DNA from: Alphaproteobacteria bacterium
GTDB taxonomy: Bacteria > Pseudomonadota > Alphaproteobacteria > UBA9219
Length of the DNA stretch: 64,000 nt
Direction: 5' to 3'
Assembly (NCBI GenBank): GCA_028708035.1
Contig: JAQVZU010000001.1
Coordinates: forward strand, 3,275 to 67,274
In this document: positions 9,389 through 18,424 of the stretch, piece by piece
Position numbering within the stretch: the first letter of the stretch is position 1
Layout of the letters: every line of letters starts with the position of its first letter
The notes under the pieces: generated by a model
The model's input: only the letters and a program-made list of their open reading frames with translations
What the model was told of the DNA's origin: nothing
Databases searched by the model: none
Translations under genes and position numbers: made by a program

Positions 9389-10624
9389 TTACTTTCGGGC
9401 TTCGCCGGATTTTGAAAAATTGCCTTTCACGACTTTCTTTTCGGCGTCCACAAGAACGCTGTCCAAGTAGTCAGCGTAATCCTGCATCATCTTTTTCCGT
9501 TCGAGCAAGTATTCGGCGCGGTTATAGGCCGAGCGGATTTTGTCGTCGCTTTCGTGCGCCAGTTGCCTTTCGATAACATCCGGCTTGTATCCCTGCTCGT
9601 TCAGGATCGTCGAGGCCAGGGCGCGGAAGCCGTGGCCCGTCATGCGTCCGTGGTAGCCCATGCGGCGCAACGCGACGAGAACAGCGCCGTTGCTGATATG
9701 CTTTAGGCTTCCCCGCTGGGCGTGGAAAATATGCTCTTTCGTTCCTGTTTGGGCGTGTAGCTCTTTCAATATGTTCAAGGCTTGGCGTGAAAGGGGCACG
9801 ACATGAGGACGGCCCATTTTCATGCGTTCGGCGGGAATGTTCCATTCGGCCCTGTCGAAGTCTATTTCCGTCCACTGAGCGCCAATAAGTTCGCCGGTGC
9901 GAACGAAAGTCAGCGCCAGCAGTTGCATAGCCGCCCTTGTCAGGAATGTCGCATTTTTGCATTCGCGCATGTCCAGCAGGAGCTGCGGAAGTTCGCGGGG
10001 GTGAATACAGGAATGATGTTTTTGCTCGGCGGCGGGCAGTAAATCGCGCATATCCGCCGCCGGATTGAATTGGCACTGGCCGCGCTGCGCTGCATATCGG
10101 AAAGTCTGGCTGATAAGCTGTTTCATACGCTTGGCGGTCTCAATCGTGCCGCGTTCGCCGATCTTCTCAACCACCCGCGCCACGTCGGGGATGGTGATCT
10201 CCGTTATCGGCAGCGCGCCTATCATCGGAAAAACAAGCGCTTCAAGGCGCGAAAGGCATTGCGTGTGGTACTTGGCATTGAGCCGCCCGGCCCTGAGTTC
10301 GAGCATATGCCGGGCAATTTTTTCGAATGTGTTTTGGCCCTCAACCATTCGGCGCAGCTTTTCGGCTTTTCTTTCGCGGGCAGGATGCTTTCCGGCCTCA
10401 ACCAGAGCCTTTGTCTCGTCGCGTTTCTTGCGGGCTTGTTCCAAAGAGACCTTCGGAAACTTGCCCAGAGACATCATCTGCGGCTTGCCATTGAAGGTAT
10501 AGCGGAGCCGCCACAGCTTGCTGCCAGTTGGTGCTATCTCAAGGCAAAGCCCCTCTGAGCCGGCCACACGGTATATTTTGGCCCTCGGCTTGAGGTGTTC
10601 GATCTCTAAAACGGTGAGAGACAT
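9389..10624 (-). CDS. int: tyrosine-type site-specific integrase (P4-like, N-terminal DUF4102 arm-binding domain)
   Basis: N-terminus LKPRAKIYRVAGSEGLCLEIAPTGSKLWRLRY is typical of P4-family integrases. C-terminal catalytic residues R...HGFRA...R...Y are present. The 3' end of tRNA-Ser is next to the gene start. Confidence 0.85.
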   Translation of the reverse strand: MSLTVLEIEHLKPRAKIYRVAGSEGLCLEIAPTGSKLWRLRYTFNGKPQMMSLGKFPKVSLEQARKKRDETKALVEAGKHPARERKAEKLRRMVEGQNTFEKIARHMLELRAGRLNAKYHTQCLSRLEALVFPMIGALPITEITIPDVARVVEKIGERGTIETAKRMKQLISQTFRYAAQRGQCQFNPAADMRDLLPAAEQKHHSCIHPRELPQLLLDMRECKNATFLTRAAMQLLALTFVRTGELIGAQWTEIDFDRAEWNIPAERMKMGRPHVVPLSRQALNILKELHAQTGTKEHIFHAQRGSLKHISNGAVLVALRRMGYHGRMTGHGFRALASTILNEQGYKPDVIERQLAHESDDKIRSAYNRAEYLLERKKMMQDYADYLDSVLVDAEKKVVKGNFSKSGEARK

Positions 10625-10641
10625 CGAAAGTCTCGTTCCAA

Positions 10642-10680
10642 AAATCTACTCAGAAATATACGCTTTTCGTGAGTAGATTT
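10642..10680. repeat. 11-bp inverted repeat aaatctactca / tgagtagattt with 17-nt AT-rich spacer in the int-tRNA intergenic region
   Basis: Read directly from the sequence just upstream of the integrase start codon; candidate operator or integrase promoter element. Confidence 0.4.
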
Positions 10681-10779
10681 CAATAAATTTCTTAAGATGT
10701 CCTCGGACGTCAAAATTGAAGAACATAGCCTTAAATAACACTTAAACAAGACTTCTATAGAAACTCTCGGACTTAAAAC

Positions 10780-10872
10780 TGGCGGAAGGGATGGGATTCG
10801 AACCCACGATACGGCTTATGACCGTATACCCGCTTTCCAGGCGAGCGCCTTCAACCACTCGGCCACCCTTCC
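10780..10872 (-). tRNA. tRNA-Ser (anticodon GGA), long variable arm, CCA encoded
   Basis: The reverse complement gives GGAAGGGTGGCCGAGTGGTTGAAGGCGCTCGCCTGGAAAGCGGG...GGTTCGAATCCCATCCCTTCCGCCA. 7-bp acceptor stem GGAAGGG/CCCTTCC, anticodon loop CTGGAAA, T-loop GGTTCGAATCC. Confidence 0.85.
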
Positions 10873-10945
10873 GTAACTCTAATTGTAATAGCCTTTTCTG
10901 CCTCGTGGTTGAAGCAAGGGATGCTCGCCTACGCTCGCGGGCACT

Positions 10946-10963
10946 CGGCCACCCTTCCGCAAA
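10946..10963. repeat. 18-nt duplicate (cactcggccacccttccg) of the tRNA-Ser 5' acceptor/D-arm segment
   Basis: An exact copy of tRNA positions ~1-18 lies 75 nt beyond the tRNA 5' end. It may be a remnant of a second tRNA-Ser or of an ancient att duplication. Confidence 0.35.
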
Positions 10964-11146
10964 TTCTGATTTCCAACGATCTTTCCTGCCCCAAGTTAAG
11001 CAAGCGTCGCTTACCTATGCTTCCTGGCGCTTAATAATCGCTGTCTTCAAACCCATGCCGCTGCTGAACCATCCAGCTTAAACAAACGGGGTTCAAGGAC
11101 CGACGGTATAGCCTGTCTATTTCCCCAAATAAATACCAAATTGCAT

Positions 11147-11176
11147 CTTGCAAAATGAATGTTAACCTCCATATTT
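11147..11176 (+). promoter_or_regulatory. candidate sigma32 (RpoH) heat-shock promoter of htpG: CTTGCAA-N14-CTCCATATTT
   Basis: CTTGCAA at 11147 and CCATATTT at 11169 with a 14-nt spacer match the CTTGAAA-N13-15-CCCCATNT consensus, ~35 nt upstream of the htpG ATG. Confidence 0.45.
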
Positions 11177-11211
11177 TTCCGGTTTCCATCTTATAAGCTT
11201 AAGGACAACCC

Positions 11212-13065
11212 ATGTCAGCCGAACAAATGCATTTCAAGGCCGAAGTCAGCCATTTGCTGGATATCGTTGTCCACTCGCTTTATAGCGATAAAGAGGTGTT
11301 TTTGCGGGAACTTATTTCCAACGCTTCTGATGCATGCGATAAGTTGCGTTACGAGGCGGTGACCCAGCCCGAACTTCTGAACGGCGATCCAGAATTTAAA
11401 ATTAACGTTACGCTCGACCAAAAAGCGCGCACCATTACTGTTTCGGATAACGGCATTGGCATGACGCGCGATGAGTTAGTTGAGAATCTCGGCACTATTG
11501 CGCGCTCGGGCACCTCGGCATTTCTGGAGCATCTCAAGGAGAAGAAAGCCGATGTCACCCAAATTGGCCAGTTTGGCGTAGGCTTTTATGCGGCGTTCAT
11601 GGTTGCCGAGGCGGTCGAGGTCACTTCCCGCAAGGCGGGAGCCGAAGAAAGCTGGACGTGGGAATCCGATGGCAAGGGCGACTTCACCGTCGAAGAGGCT
11701 GCAAAGCCCGCGAGAGGAACCGATGTCGTGGTTTATCTTAAGCAGGGCGAGGACGAATTCACGACCCTCGACCGCCTCCGTACAATCATTGCGAAATACT
11801 CTGACCACATCGCGATCCCTGTTATCCTTAACAATGAGGAAAAACCTGCCAACCGCGCCGGAGCCCTGTGGTTGCGCCCCAAAAACGAAATCACTTCGGA
11901 ACAGTACAAGGAATTTTACCATCACGTCGCGCATGCTTATGACGATGCTGCTCTTATCATGCACTGGCGCGCCGAAGGCCGCATCGAGTATTCGGGGCTC
12001 CTGTTCATCCCGGGCATGCGCCCCTTCGATCTCTTTGACCCCAAGCGCGCGCATGGCGTCAAACTGTATGTAAAAAGGGTTTTTGTCACAGATCAGGCCG
12101 AGGGGCTGATTCCGCCGTGGTTGCGCTTCCTGCGTGGCGTTGTGGACAGCGAAGACCTTCCGCTTAACGTCAGCCGCGAAATGCTTCAAAACAATCCAGT
12201 GGTCGCTAAGATTCGCCATGGCGTCACAAAGAAGGTCCTTTCGGATCTCAAGAAGTTCGCTGCCGATAAGCCTGAGGACTACGCAAAAGTCTGGGAAAAC
12301 TTCGGCGCGGTCCTGAAGGAAGGAATCTACGAAGACATTGAACACCGTGCGGAAATCGCCGAACTCGTGCGCTGCCGCTCTACGGCTTCCGATGGCTGGG
12401 TCTCCCTGTCCGATTACATTAAGCGCATGAAGGAAGGCCAAACGTCGATTTTCTACATCTGCGGCGAAAGCGTTGAAAAGCTTCAGCGCAACCCGCATCT
12501 CGAAGGCTTCAAATCTAAAGGCGTCGAGGTGCTGCTTCTGACGGAAACTGTCGATGATTTCTGGCCCGGCGCGATGGGCGAATACCAAGGTAAAGCCTTC
12601 AAGTCGGTTACGCGTTCCGGCGAAGATTTAGGCAAAGTATCGGAGGAAAAAAGCCAACAGGATAAAAAAGAAAAATCCCCGCCTGAAGCTTCATCCGAGC
12701 TTATCGCACTGTTGAAACTGGCCTTGGGCGACGCCGTCAAGGATGTCCGCACTTCCGAACGCCTTACGTCCAGCCCCGTTTGCCTCACAGCGGACGAGGG
12801 AGACATAGACATCAATCTTGAGCGTTTTCTGAAACAGCACAACCAGATCCGCACACCAAGCAAGCGCATCCTCGAGATCAATCCTGCCCATCCGCTGATC
12901 GAACAGATGGCTCGCCGCGCGAAAGAGCCCGGGGCTGCGGAAAGCCTTAAAGACATCGCATGGATATTGTTCGACCAAGCGCGGCTTCTGGATGGCGACA
13001 CGCTCAGCGATCCCGTGGCGTTTAGCGAACGCCTTGGCGCGGTTCTTAAAAAAGCCGTTAGCTAA
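11212..13065 (+). CDS. htpG: molecular chaperone HtpG (Hsp90)
   Basis: 617 aa. N-terminal GHKL ATPase motifs (ELISNASDA, GQFGVGFYA), Hsp90 middle and C-terminal domains. Confidence 0.95.
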   Translation: MSAEQMHFKAEVSHLLDIVVHSLYSDKEVFLRELISNASDACDKLRYEAVTQPELLNGDPEFKINVTLDQKARTITVSDNGIGMTRDELVENLGTIARSGTSAFLEHLKEKKADVTQIGQFGVGFYAAFMVAEAVEVTSRKAGAEESWTWESDGKGDFTVEEAAKPARGTDVVVYLKQGEDEFTTLDRLRTIIAKYSDHIAIPVILNNEEKPANRAGALWLRPKNEITSEQYKEFYHHVAHAYDDAALIMHWRAEGRIEYSGLLFIPGMRPFDLFDPKRAHGVKLYVKRVFVTDQAEGLIPPWLRFLRGVVDSEDLPLNVSREMLQNNPVVAKIRHGVTKKVLSDLKKFAADKPEDYAKVWENFGAVLKEGIYEDIEHRAEIAELVRCRSTASDGWVSLSDYIKRMKEGQTSIFYICGESVEKLQRNPHLEGFKSKGVEVLLLTETVDDFWPGAMGEYQGKAFKSVTRSGEDLGKVSEEKSQQDKKEKSPPEASSELIALLKLALGDAVKDVRTSERLTSSPVCLTADEGDIDINLERFLKQHNQIRTPSKRILEINPAHPLIEQMARRAKEPGAAESLKDIAWILFDQARLLDGDTLSDPVAFSERLGAVLKKAVS

Positions 13066-13108
13066 GAAGCTTCAGACTTTATTAGCGATATTGCCGTAGA
13101 CTTAAAAT

Positions 13109-13933
13109 GTGCCAAAAGCGCTTTTGGGGCAGGGAGACATGCGCTCGATTTTTGCAGCTAAATGCTTGTCGTGTCTTGCGCTTGCTGGAGCGCTGGTGTC
13201 GGTCGCCGATGCTGTGGCCACGGCGAAAGAGCCGTTTGCTATTGACGATAGCCAATGGAAATCTCCCGAAGGTTACGACGCTCGCGAAGCGCGCAATCCT
13301 GCACCCCTGCCGTCCAAAGAAACTTCAGCTCCGACCGCGTCCAACCCCGACTCCGCAGTGTCCCAAGAATACCCTGATGACAGTTTTCGCACGCCGCTAT
13401 TGCCGGGCATAAACAAAGGATTCAACGTTGAGGTCGAATCGACTGAGGACAAAAATATAGTTACCGAATTTGAAATGCGCGATGGAGTTTCTCTTTCGGA
13501 AGGAGAGTGGAAATCTCTGCCAGCAAGTTCTGCGACCGATGCCGGAAAAGGCGACGAGGAAGAAAACCAGCCCCTTAAGGTGCGCATGACTTATCTTCCA
13601 TCTAAAGTTCCTTTGCCATTGCCGAAGGCTGAGCGCAGCACGGCGCCGCGAAAGGGCCACGACCTGATGCGTCGGCTTGCAGAGCAGAAAAAAATCAAGC
13701 CCAAGACGCCCGAAGAGGCCGCCGCCTGTCGCGCATTGAATGCCTATAAAAAACAGCAAATCGATGCGATCCAAAGCGACCGAGAAACATTGAAGGCGCT
13801 GCAAGATGCAATTAAGTCTCTGGGCTTTACAAAGCAGATGCAATTCATGGTCGAGCAGGGAAGTGCCCTATCGTCTCCCGTCGTTTCTACTGGAACAATC
13901 TTCTCGATCGACGAAAATGACAGAAAAAACTAG
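13109..13933 (+). CDS. secreted acidic protein of unknown function
   Basis: Signal peptide (CLSCLALAGALVSVADA), acidic low-complexity central region, lysine-rich C-terminus; no family recognised. Confidence 0.5.
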   Translation: MPKALLGQGDMRSIFAAKCLSCLALAGALVSVADAVATAKEPFAIDDSQWKSPEGYDAREARNPAPLPSKETSAPTASNPDSAVSQEYPDDSFRTPLLPGINKGFNVEVESTEDKNIVTEFEMRDGVSLSEGEWKSLPASSATDAGKGDEEENQPLKVRMTYLPSKVPLPLPKAERSTAPRKGHDLMRRLAEQKKIKPKTPEEAAACRALNAYKKQQIDAIQSDRETLKALQDAIKSLGFTKQMQFMVEQGSALSSPVVSTGTIFSIDENDRKN

Positions 13934-14325
13934 ACCGTTGCGGGCGGTTGCGTAGAACGATTCTTGGGCGAACCATCTGCCGTTAGCCCTTGCTTCAAAT
14001 AGGCGACAACCACAGCGGATGGAGATTGATCCATGACCTGCCCGTTGGATGTGTTGACATATTGAGTAATAAACCCGGCCATCGGATCCTGAATGATCTT
14101 GGGGTTGCGAATTGCCTGATCACCGCCCGAATGGGTTGAGGGTGTCCTCTCAGATGGAGGTGCAGTGAGAGCTACACCAACACCACATTGCGCTCCCGTC
14201 GAAGAGCCGATTGTATCGATAGCTCCAGCCATATTAAATTCCTTGCGTGTGCTTAGGAAACAAAACGAGTGGACAACTACCCCAATATCCTTTGTCAAGA
14301 TACCTGACAATCCTTGCTCTGGCAA
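13930..14325 (-). CDS. hypothetical protein (~100 aa from internal Met MAGAIDTIG)
   Basis: An ORF convergent between two secreted-protein genes. Protein-like composition but no recognisable motif. Confidence 0.3.
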   Translation of the reverse strand: MPEQGLSGILTKDIGVVVHSFCFLSTRKEFNMAGAIDTIGSSTGAQCGVGVALTAPPSERTPSTHSGGDQAIRNPKIIQDPMAGFITQYVNTSNGQVMDQSPSAVVVAYLKQGLTADGSPKNRSTQPPATV

Positions 14326-14486
14326 GAGGGCAAAACACCAAGACCATTACTGCCCGAAAAATTAAGAACTGAGAAACCATTAAGGCGTTACTATTACCTT
14401 TAATTGACAGCAAAAGCGCGGAAAAGATAGAATGCCGTCAGTTTTTGCTGTCATTTATTTCAGTCTATCGGGTGCTGGGGGCTTAA

Positions 14487-16058
14487 ATGCAAAAGAAGAA
14501 CCGTGGCGCGCTGTCGGTCCTATCATTGACAGTTTTATTGTCGATGTTCGCTTTTTCTCCAGCGGCGCGGGCAGACCAGATGCTTGATCTTGTCGCGGAC
14601 ATTGATATGTGGGTCCAAAGAATAGGACAAGTGGCGAACGAGATATCAGCTGCTATTGAAGATGCCATTGATAATGGCCAAGATGGCGGGTGGGACGAAC
14701 GGCTGCTTAAAGCCATTACCGGGGTAACTCCTGGAGATCCATATTTTGATGGATACAATACAAACTTTATTTTGAGCGGAGGGGCATTAGATGCGCCTGA
14801 TCCGGCTGCGTATAACTCCCCAGTCTCTAAAACATTCAATATCCTTTCGCTCGCGGGGGGCATTCCGTCGAAGATGACTGGCCCTATGTTTTCTGGAGAA
14901 TATTTCGATCCGACAACTTACAACAACAACTCTCTGCTTCAAAATGCGCTTTTAGGCTCCAGCGGAACCGGCCCCACAGCCCTTACGACAACGTCGAGCG
15001 GGACCGCAACGGGGGCGGTGTTGTGGGTGGGCAGTACGAGCTATGTGCCAAATATTAATGGAAATATCTATTCGACCATGGATAACAATGGCACCATTCA
15101 AAACCTGTTCGTCAATCAGGTGGCGCGCGCGGTCTCCATTGCGAAGCCGCTGCACTACAGCGACACCAAGATATATAATGACGGGGTGGAGGTGCCTGAC
15201 ACCATGGCCAACGATCCGGCCCGCGCGTTCGCCTTCAGATGCGATATGGGTTTTAATCCAAACTGGGGCGATACGAACGCCAAGGGCAATGTGATCGATG
15301 TTGAAAGCGGGTTGGTTCTTTCAATAAATCCGAAGTGTGGCAAGGACAACCACGACAATGTCCGCAAGGACCGGCAACTCAACTCGCTGCTCAATCCGGT
15401 GCAGTTTGTTGCGCCGACAGATATGAAAGAACCTCTTAATGGTGCACCGGGTTACTACCGTTTCGACAAAAGGGTGAAACGAGCTGACCATGCGAAATAT
15501 GTTGATCTTATAGCCGCTGCGAGTTTTTGTACGAACGTGTCGCTAAAAGCATACCCAGATGTACCTAGTTCGACCGATACGCTTGGAACAGTAACGAAAG
15601 TTATGTACCGTGAAACGATCGACAGCAAGATCGTCTCCGATTGCTGGCAGTTCTTCGAAGAACGCGTGGCTTATCCTAAGGGGAGCTCCGGCAGCTTTGC
15701 TATTATTTATGAACATCAGCATGCACTATGCACTGAAGATTATAACAAGCATATCATTTCAGAATCCCAATTAAAGGCTTGCGAGGCAAATGGCCGTAGC
15801 GCTCTTCAGGCGCGCCGGGATTTGGCTTATAGGGCCTATTCGCCAGTTTATGTCGCCTATCTCAATACGCTTGGGGTTCAGACCCGCGAATTAATACTTG
15901 CCCAAGCGATGGGCGAAGTCGAAAGATTTGAGCAAACCCTGCTGATGGAGCGGCAAATTATGACCGAGGCCATGGCCCTTCCTGAGCGGTCGCCAATCGG
16001 GAAAGATATCGAAAACTCTTCGACGAAGGTTCGCGGCGCTAGTTCCTCTTCGCCGTAG
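14487..16058 (+). CDS. secreted protein of unknown function (523 aa); candidate periplasmic T4BSS-associated protein or effector
   Basis: Clear signal peptide MQKKNRGALSVLSLTVLLSMFAFSPAARA. Ser/Thr/Asn/Gly-rich mature region, no catalytic motif recognised. Sits 1.8 kb upstream of dotD-dotC-dotB. Confidence 0.55.
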   Translation: MQKKNRGALSVLSLTVLLSMFAFSPAARADQMLDLVADIDMWVQRIGQVANEISAAIEDAIDNGQDGGWDERLLKAITGVTPGDPYFDGYNTNFILSGGALDAPDPAAYNSPVSKTFNILSLAGGIPSKMTGPMFSGEYFDPTTYNNNSLLQNALLGSSGTGPTALTTTSSGTATGAVLWVGSTSYVPNINGNIYSTMDNNGTIQNLFVNQVARAVSIAKPLHYSDTKIYNDGVEVPDTMANDPARAFAFRCDMGFNPNWGDTNAKGNVIDVESGLVLSINPKCGKDNHDNVRKDRQLNSLLNPVQFVAPTDMKEPLNGAPGYYRFDKRVKRADHAKYVDLIAAASFCTNVSLKAYPDVPSSTDTLGTVTKVMYRETIDSKIVSDCWQFFEERVAYPKGSSGSFAIIYEHQHALCTEDYNKHIISESQLKACEANGRSALQARRDLAYRAYSPVYVAYLNTLGVQTRELILAQAMGEVERFEQTLLMERQIMTEAMALPERSPIGKDIENSSTKVRGASSSSP

Positions 16059-16280
16059 GGAAAATGATAAGAACGAAAAAACGGGCGGCAAAAGCCGTCC
16101 GCTTTTTGTTCGTGGCAAGTCCGAAACCATACCGCCCGCTAATTCACTTTTTCCTAACATTTTAATGTAACTATTAGGCTTGGGCTTCACGAAAAGCGAA
16201 AAAGCCTCTATAGTGCCTTGCCCTTTCGCAAGACGCTTATGTGGAAGTGGCTTACTTTGGTTTTATGAGGGATAGACAAG

Positions 16281-17102
16281 ATGGCTGAGGATTCCGACAA
16301 GTCGCGGATGCAATCGCTGCTTATGGCGTTCCGCCAGCTTGGCTTGCCGTTGCTTCAAGCCGTTAGCGAAGCGCAAAATAAATCCGAGATTTCTCAGGAA
16401 TTTTTGAATACCGAAGCGCTTAGTCCTCTCATCGACAGCACCGTCATGTTAAGCCAAAAGTTGGCGTCGCAAATTGGCGCGAGCGAGGATAAGGTCGATG
16501 CTTGGGTCCGCTGGGCTTTGGCCGGAACTGCCGCTCAGGTCGTCGGTGCGTCATATAAAATGGCAGGGCGTGTGCTAACCGAAGAAGAGGCCGATCAGAT
16601 AGCCTCGATTGCCATCGGGTTGCAAGGCAAGTTCAAAGCGCAAATTCCTCCCGGACAGGAAAACATTCCGAACACCATAGCGACCTTCCGCGCCAAGATG
16701 CTTGAAGCGATGGTCCCTGTGGTCGGTGCCGTCGCTCAATATTCGTTTGGCCGCGCCGAGCACGCACTTTTGGCCGAGGTCGCCGAAAAGCTTGTCAAAA
16801 CAGCCGATCAGGTCACGCGCGCGCTTGCGCCCACCGGGGCATCGCCCGAGGAATGGCGGCTTCTTTGCTGGTACGTGCTGAAAGCTGCGGGGCAGATCTA
16901 CATGGAATCCCACTTTGCCGAGGCCGACCGTCTTCTTTATATGCCCGCCGAAGAACGCTCAGCCTATTTTGCGGAGCACGGCCAAATCGTTCCGATGCAG
17001 GAAGTCTGGCAAGCCTTCAATCAGCGAATGGCCATGTTGGCGACGCTGGCCGCCTATCTTGAGGTTCCCGAGACGGCGAAGCTAGATTCCGAGGGATGGT
17101 GA
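16281..17102 (+). CDS. all-alpha cytoplasmic protein of unknown function (273 aa)
   Basis: No TM segment or signal peptide. It precedes the VirB1-like transglycosylase by a 7-nt overlap, so they are probably co-transcribed. Confidence 0.5.
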   Translation: MAEDSDKSRMQSLLMAFRQLGLPLLQAVSEAQNKSEISQEFLNTEALSPLIDSTVMLSQKLASQIGASEDKVDAWVRWALAGTAAQVVGASYKMAGRVLTEEEADQIASIAIGLQGKFKAQIPPGQENIPNTIATFRAKMLEAMVPVVGAVAQYSFGRAEHALLAEVAEKLVKTADQVTRALAPTGASPEEWRLLCWYVLKAAGQIYMESHFAEADRLLYMPAEERSAYFAEHGQIVPMQEVWQAFNQRMAMLATLAAYLEVPETAKLDSEGW

Positions 17103-17557
17103 TGCTCACAGCACAAGCTTTTGCAGCATGTATTATTCTTGCGGCGAACACCTACAAAGTTCCGCCTGCGGTGATGATTGGCATCATGCATGTCGAAGGC
17201 GGGCGTGTTGGCCAGGAAGCGGGGCCGAATTTCAATGGCACGTACGATCTTGGGCCTATGCAGGTCAATACGCGTTGGATTCCGACGCTTCAGCGCGTTT
17301 GGCGGGTGGATGCTTCGACAGCTCGCTCCTGGGTGCGCGACAATGGATGCGTAAACGTGCACGTGGCGGCATGGATTTTGCGCCAGAAGCTTGACGGCAC
17401 CGGGAGCCTATGGGGAGCTATAGCCGCCTATCACTCATTAACTCCCAGCAAGGGCATCCCTTATGCGAACAAAGTCATTGCCGCAATGGACCGCAAGGGA
17501 CTCGTCAAACACGACGCCCCGTTATATCCACCAGTTGCGCGATATGCGCAGAAATGA
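17096..17557 (+). CDS. VirB1/IagB-like lytic transglycosylase (SLT domain)
   Basis: Signal peptide plus MHVEGG...NFNGTYDLGPMQVN, matching the E-S/G-G...N.NG..D.GLMQIN lytic transglycosylase signature of type IV secretion-associated enzymes. Confidence 0.7.
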   Translation: MVMLTAQAFAACIILAANTYKVPPAVMIGIMHVEGGRVGQEAGPNFNGTYDLGPMQVNTRWIPTLQRVWRVDASTARSWVRDNGCVNVHVAAWILRQKLDGTGSLWGAIAAYHSLTPSKGIPYANKVIAAMDRKGLVKHDAPLYPPVARYAQK

Positions 17558-17565
17558 GGGTTTTA

Positions 17566-17843
17566 TCATGGGGGGATGGCTGCAAAAGGTCAACAAGGCG
17601 CTGACGCCAAAGCTGACGAACCAGTTAACGAAACCACAACAAAAAAGGAACGCCCCCATTCAGGGGAAAAAAGCCGCGAACCTGCCCCCGGCAACCATTA
17701 TATATGGAATTGGCGCTGGATTATTATTCGTCCATTCGTTATCTCTGATGGCGCGTGGAATATGGTTTTCAGGCATCGTGGTGCTGCTTTTGGGGGGAGT
17801 GCTGACGGGATTTGCATTACACCATCTTAAACATCAGGATTGA
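17566..17843 (+). CDS. small two-TM membrane protein (~92 aa)
   Basis: From internal Met MGGWLQKVNK: Lys/Gln-rich N-terminus then two hydrophobic helices; located between the SLT gene and dotD. Confidence 0.4.
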
Positions 17844-17899
17844 ACAGAATTTGAGTGTAAGCTATTAGAGTACAAGCGCGAATCATTCGGAACCGCAAA

Positions 17900-18424
17900 A
17901 TGAAAATATGCAAAACGATACTCAAGGTATCTATCGCAACTTTGCTCTTGGCTGGATGTAGCGAATGGAACAGGTTATTTTCTGATTCGCAAACAGCACC
18001 CGGGGCGCCCATAGCGACTCAACCCGACATCGTTTCGATTAAATTAGCGCAAGCCGCCGACAAAGCGGCCAAGGCTTTAGATACAATAGCAAACATCGAA
18101 CAGCACAAAAATCCTGCCGTTCCTCCTCTACAAAAGGACTTGTCCAGCGCGTCTCCCGCGATGATGCAGCCGGTAACGGTGCGTTGGTCGGGTCCCATCG
18201 AACAGATTACCCGCGTGCTCGCCGAAAAGGCAGGCATGCGTTTTCGCTCGAGCGGTCGCACACCCGGCATTCCGCTGGTCGTGAATGTCGATGCCTATCA
18301 GCAGCCGATCCTTTACATACTGCGGGATGTCGGCTTGCAATCAGGATCTCGGGCCGATTTGTTGGTTGACCAAAACGAGGGTGTTGTCGAGGTGCGGTAT
18401 GCTGCTGCTGACCAATCCCGGTAA
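17900..18424 (+). CDS. dotD: type IVB secretion system outer-membrane lipoprotein DotD
   Basis: Lipobox LLLAGCS, 174 aa. C-terminal block VRWSGPIEQITRVLAEKAGMRFR...VVEVRYA is colinear with the WSGPIEELT...VELRY region of Legionella DotD as recalled from memory. Followed by dotC-like and dotB genes in the Legionella order. Confidence 0.65.
   Translation: MKICKTILKVSIATLLLAGCSEWNRLFSDSQTAPGAPIATQPDIVSIKLAQAADKAAKALDTIANIEQHKNPAVPPLQKDLSSASPAMMQPVTVRWSGPIEQITRVLAEKAGMRFRSSGRTPGIPLVVNVDAYQQPILYILRDVGLQSGSRADLLVDQNEGVVEVRYAAADQSR

Larger units (their letters stand above)
7130..10779. mobile_element. integrated genomic island remnant (tRNA-Ser-adjacent P4-type integrase plus AT-rich decayed cargo)
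   Basis: Abrupt drop in GC from about 7.1 kb to 9.1 kb with only short fragmented ORFs. Tyrosine integrase at 9389-10624 immediately next to the 3' end of tRNA-Ser at 10780. The left boundary is approximate; no clean att repeat was found by eye. Confidence 0.45.

Noticed and set aside
11476-12588. 370-aa ORF on the minus strand
   Set aside because: Lies entirely antisense within htpG. Its composition (Arg/Ala/Phe-rich, no motifs) is typical of a shadow ORF in GC-rich coding DNA.
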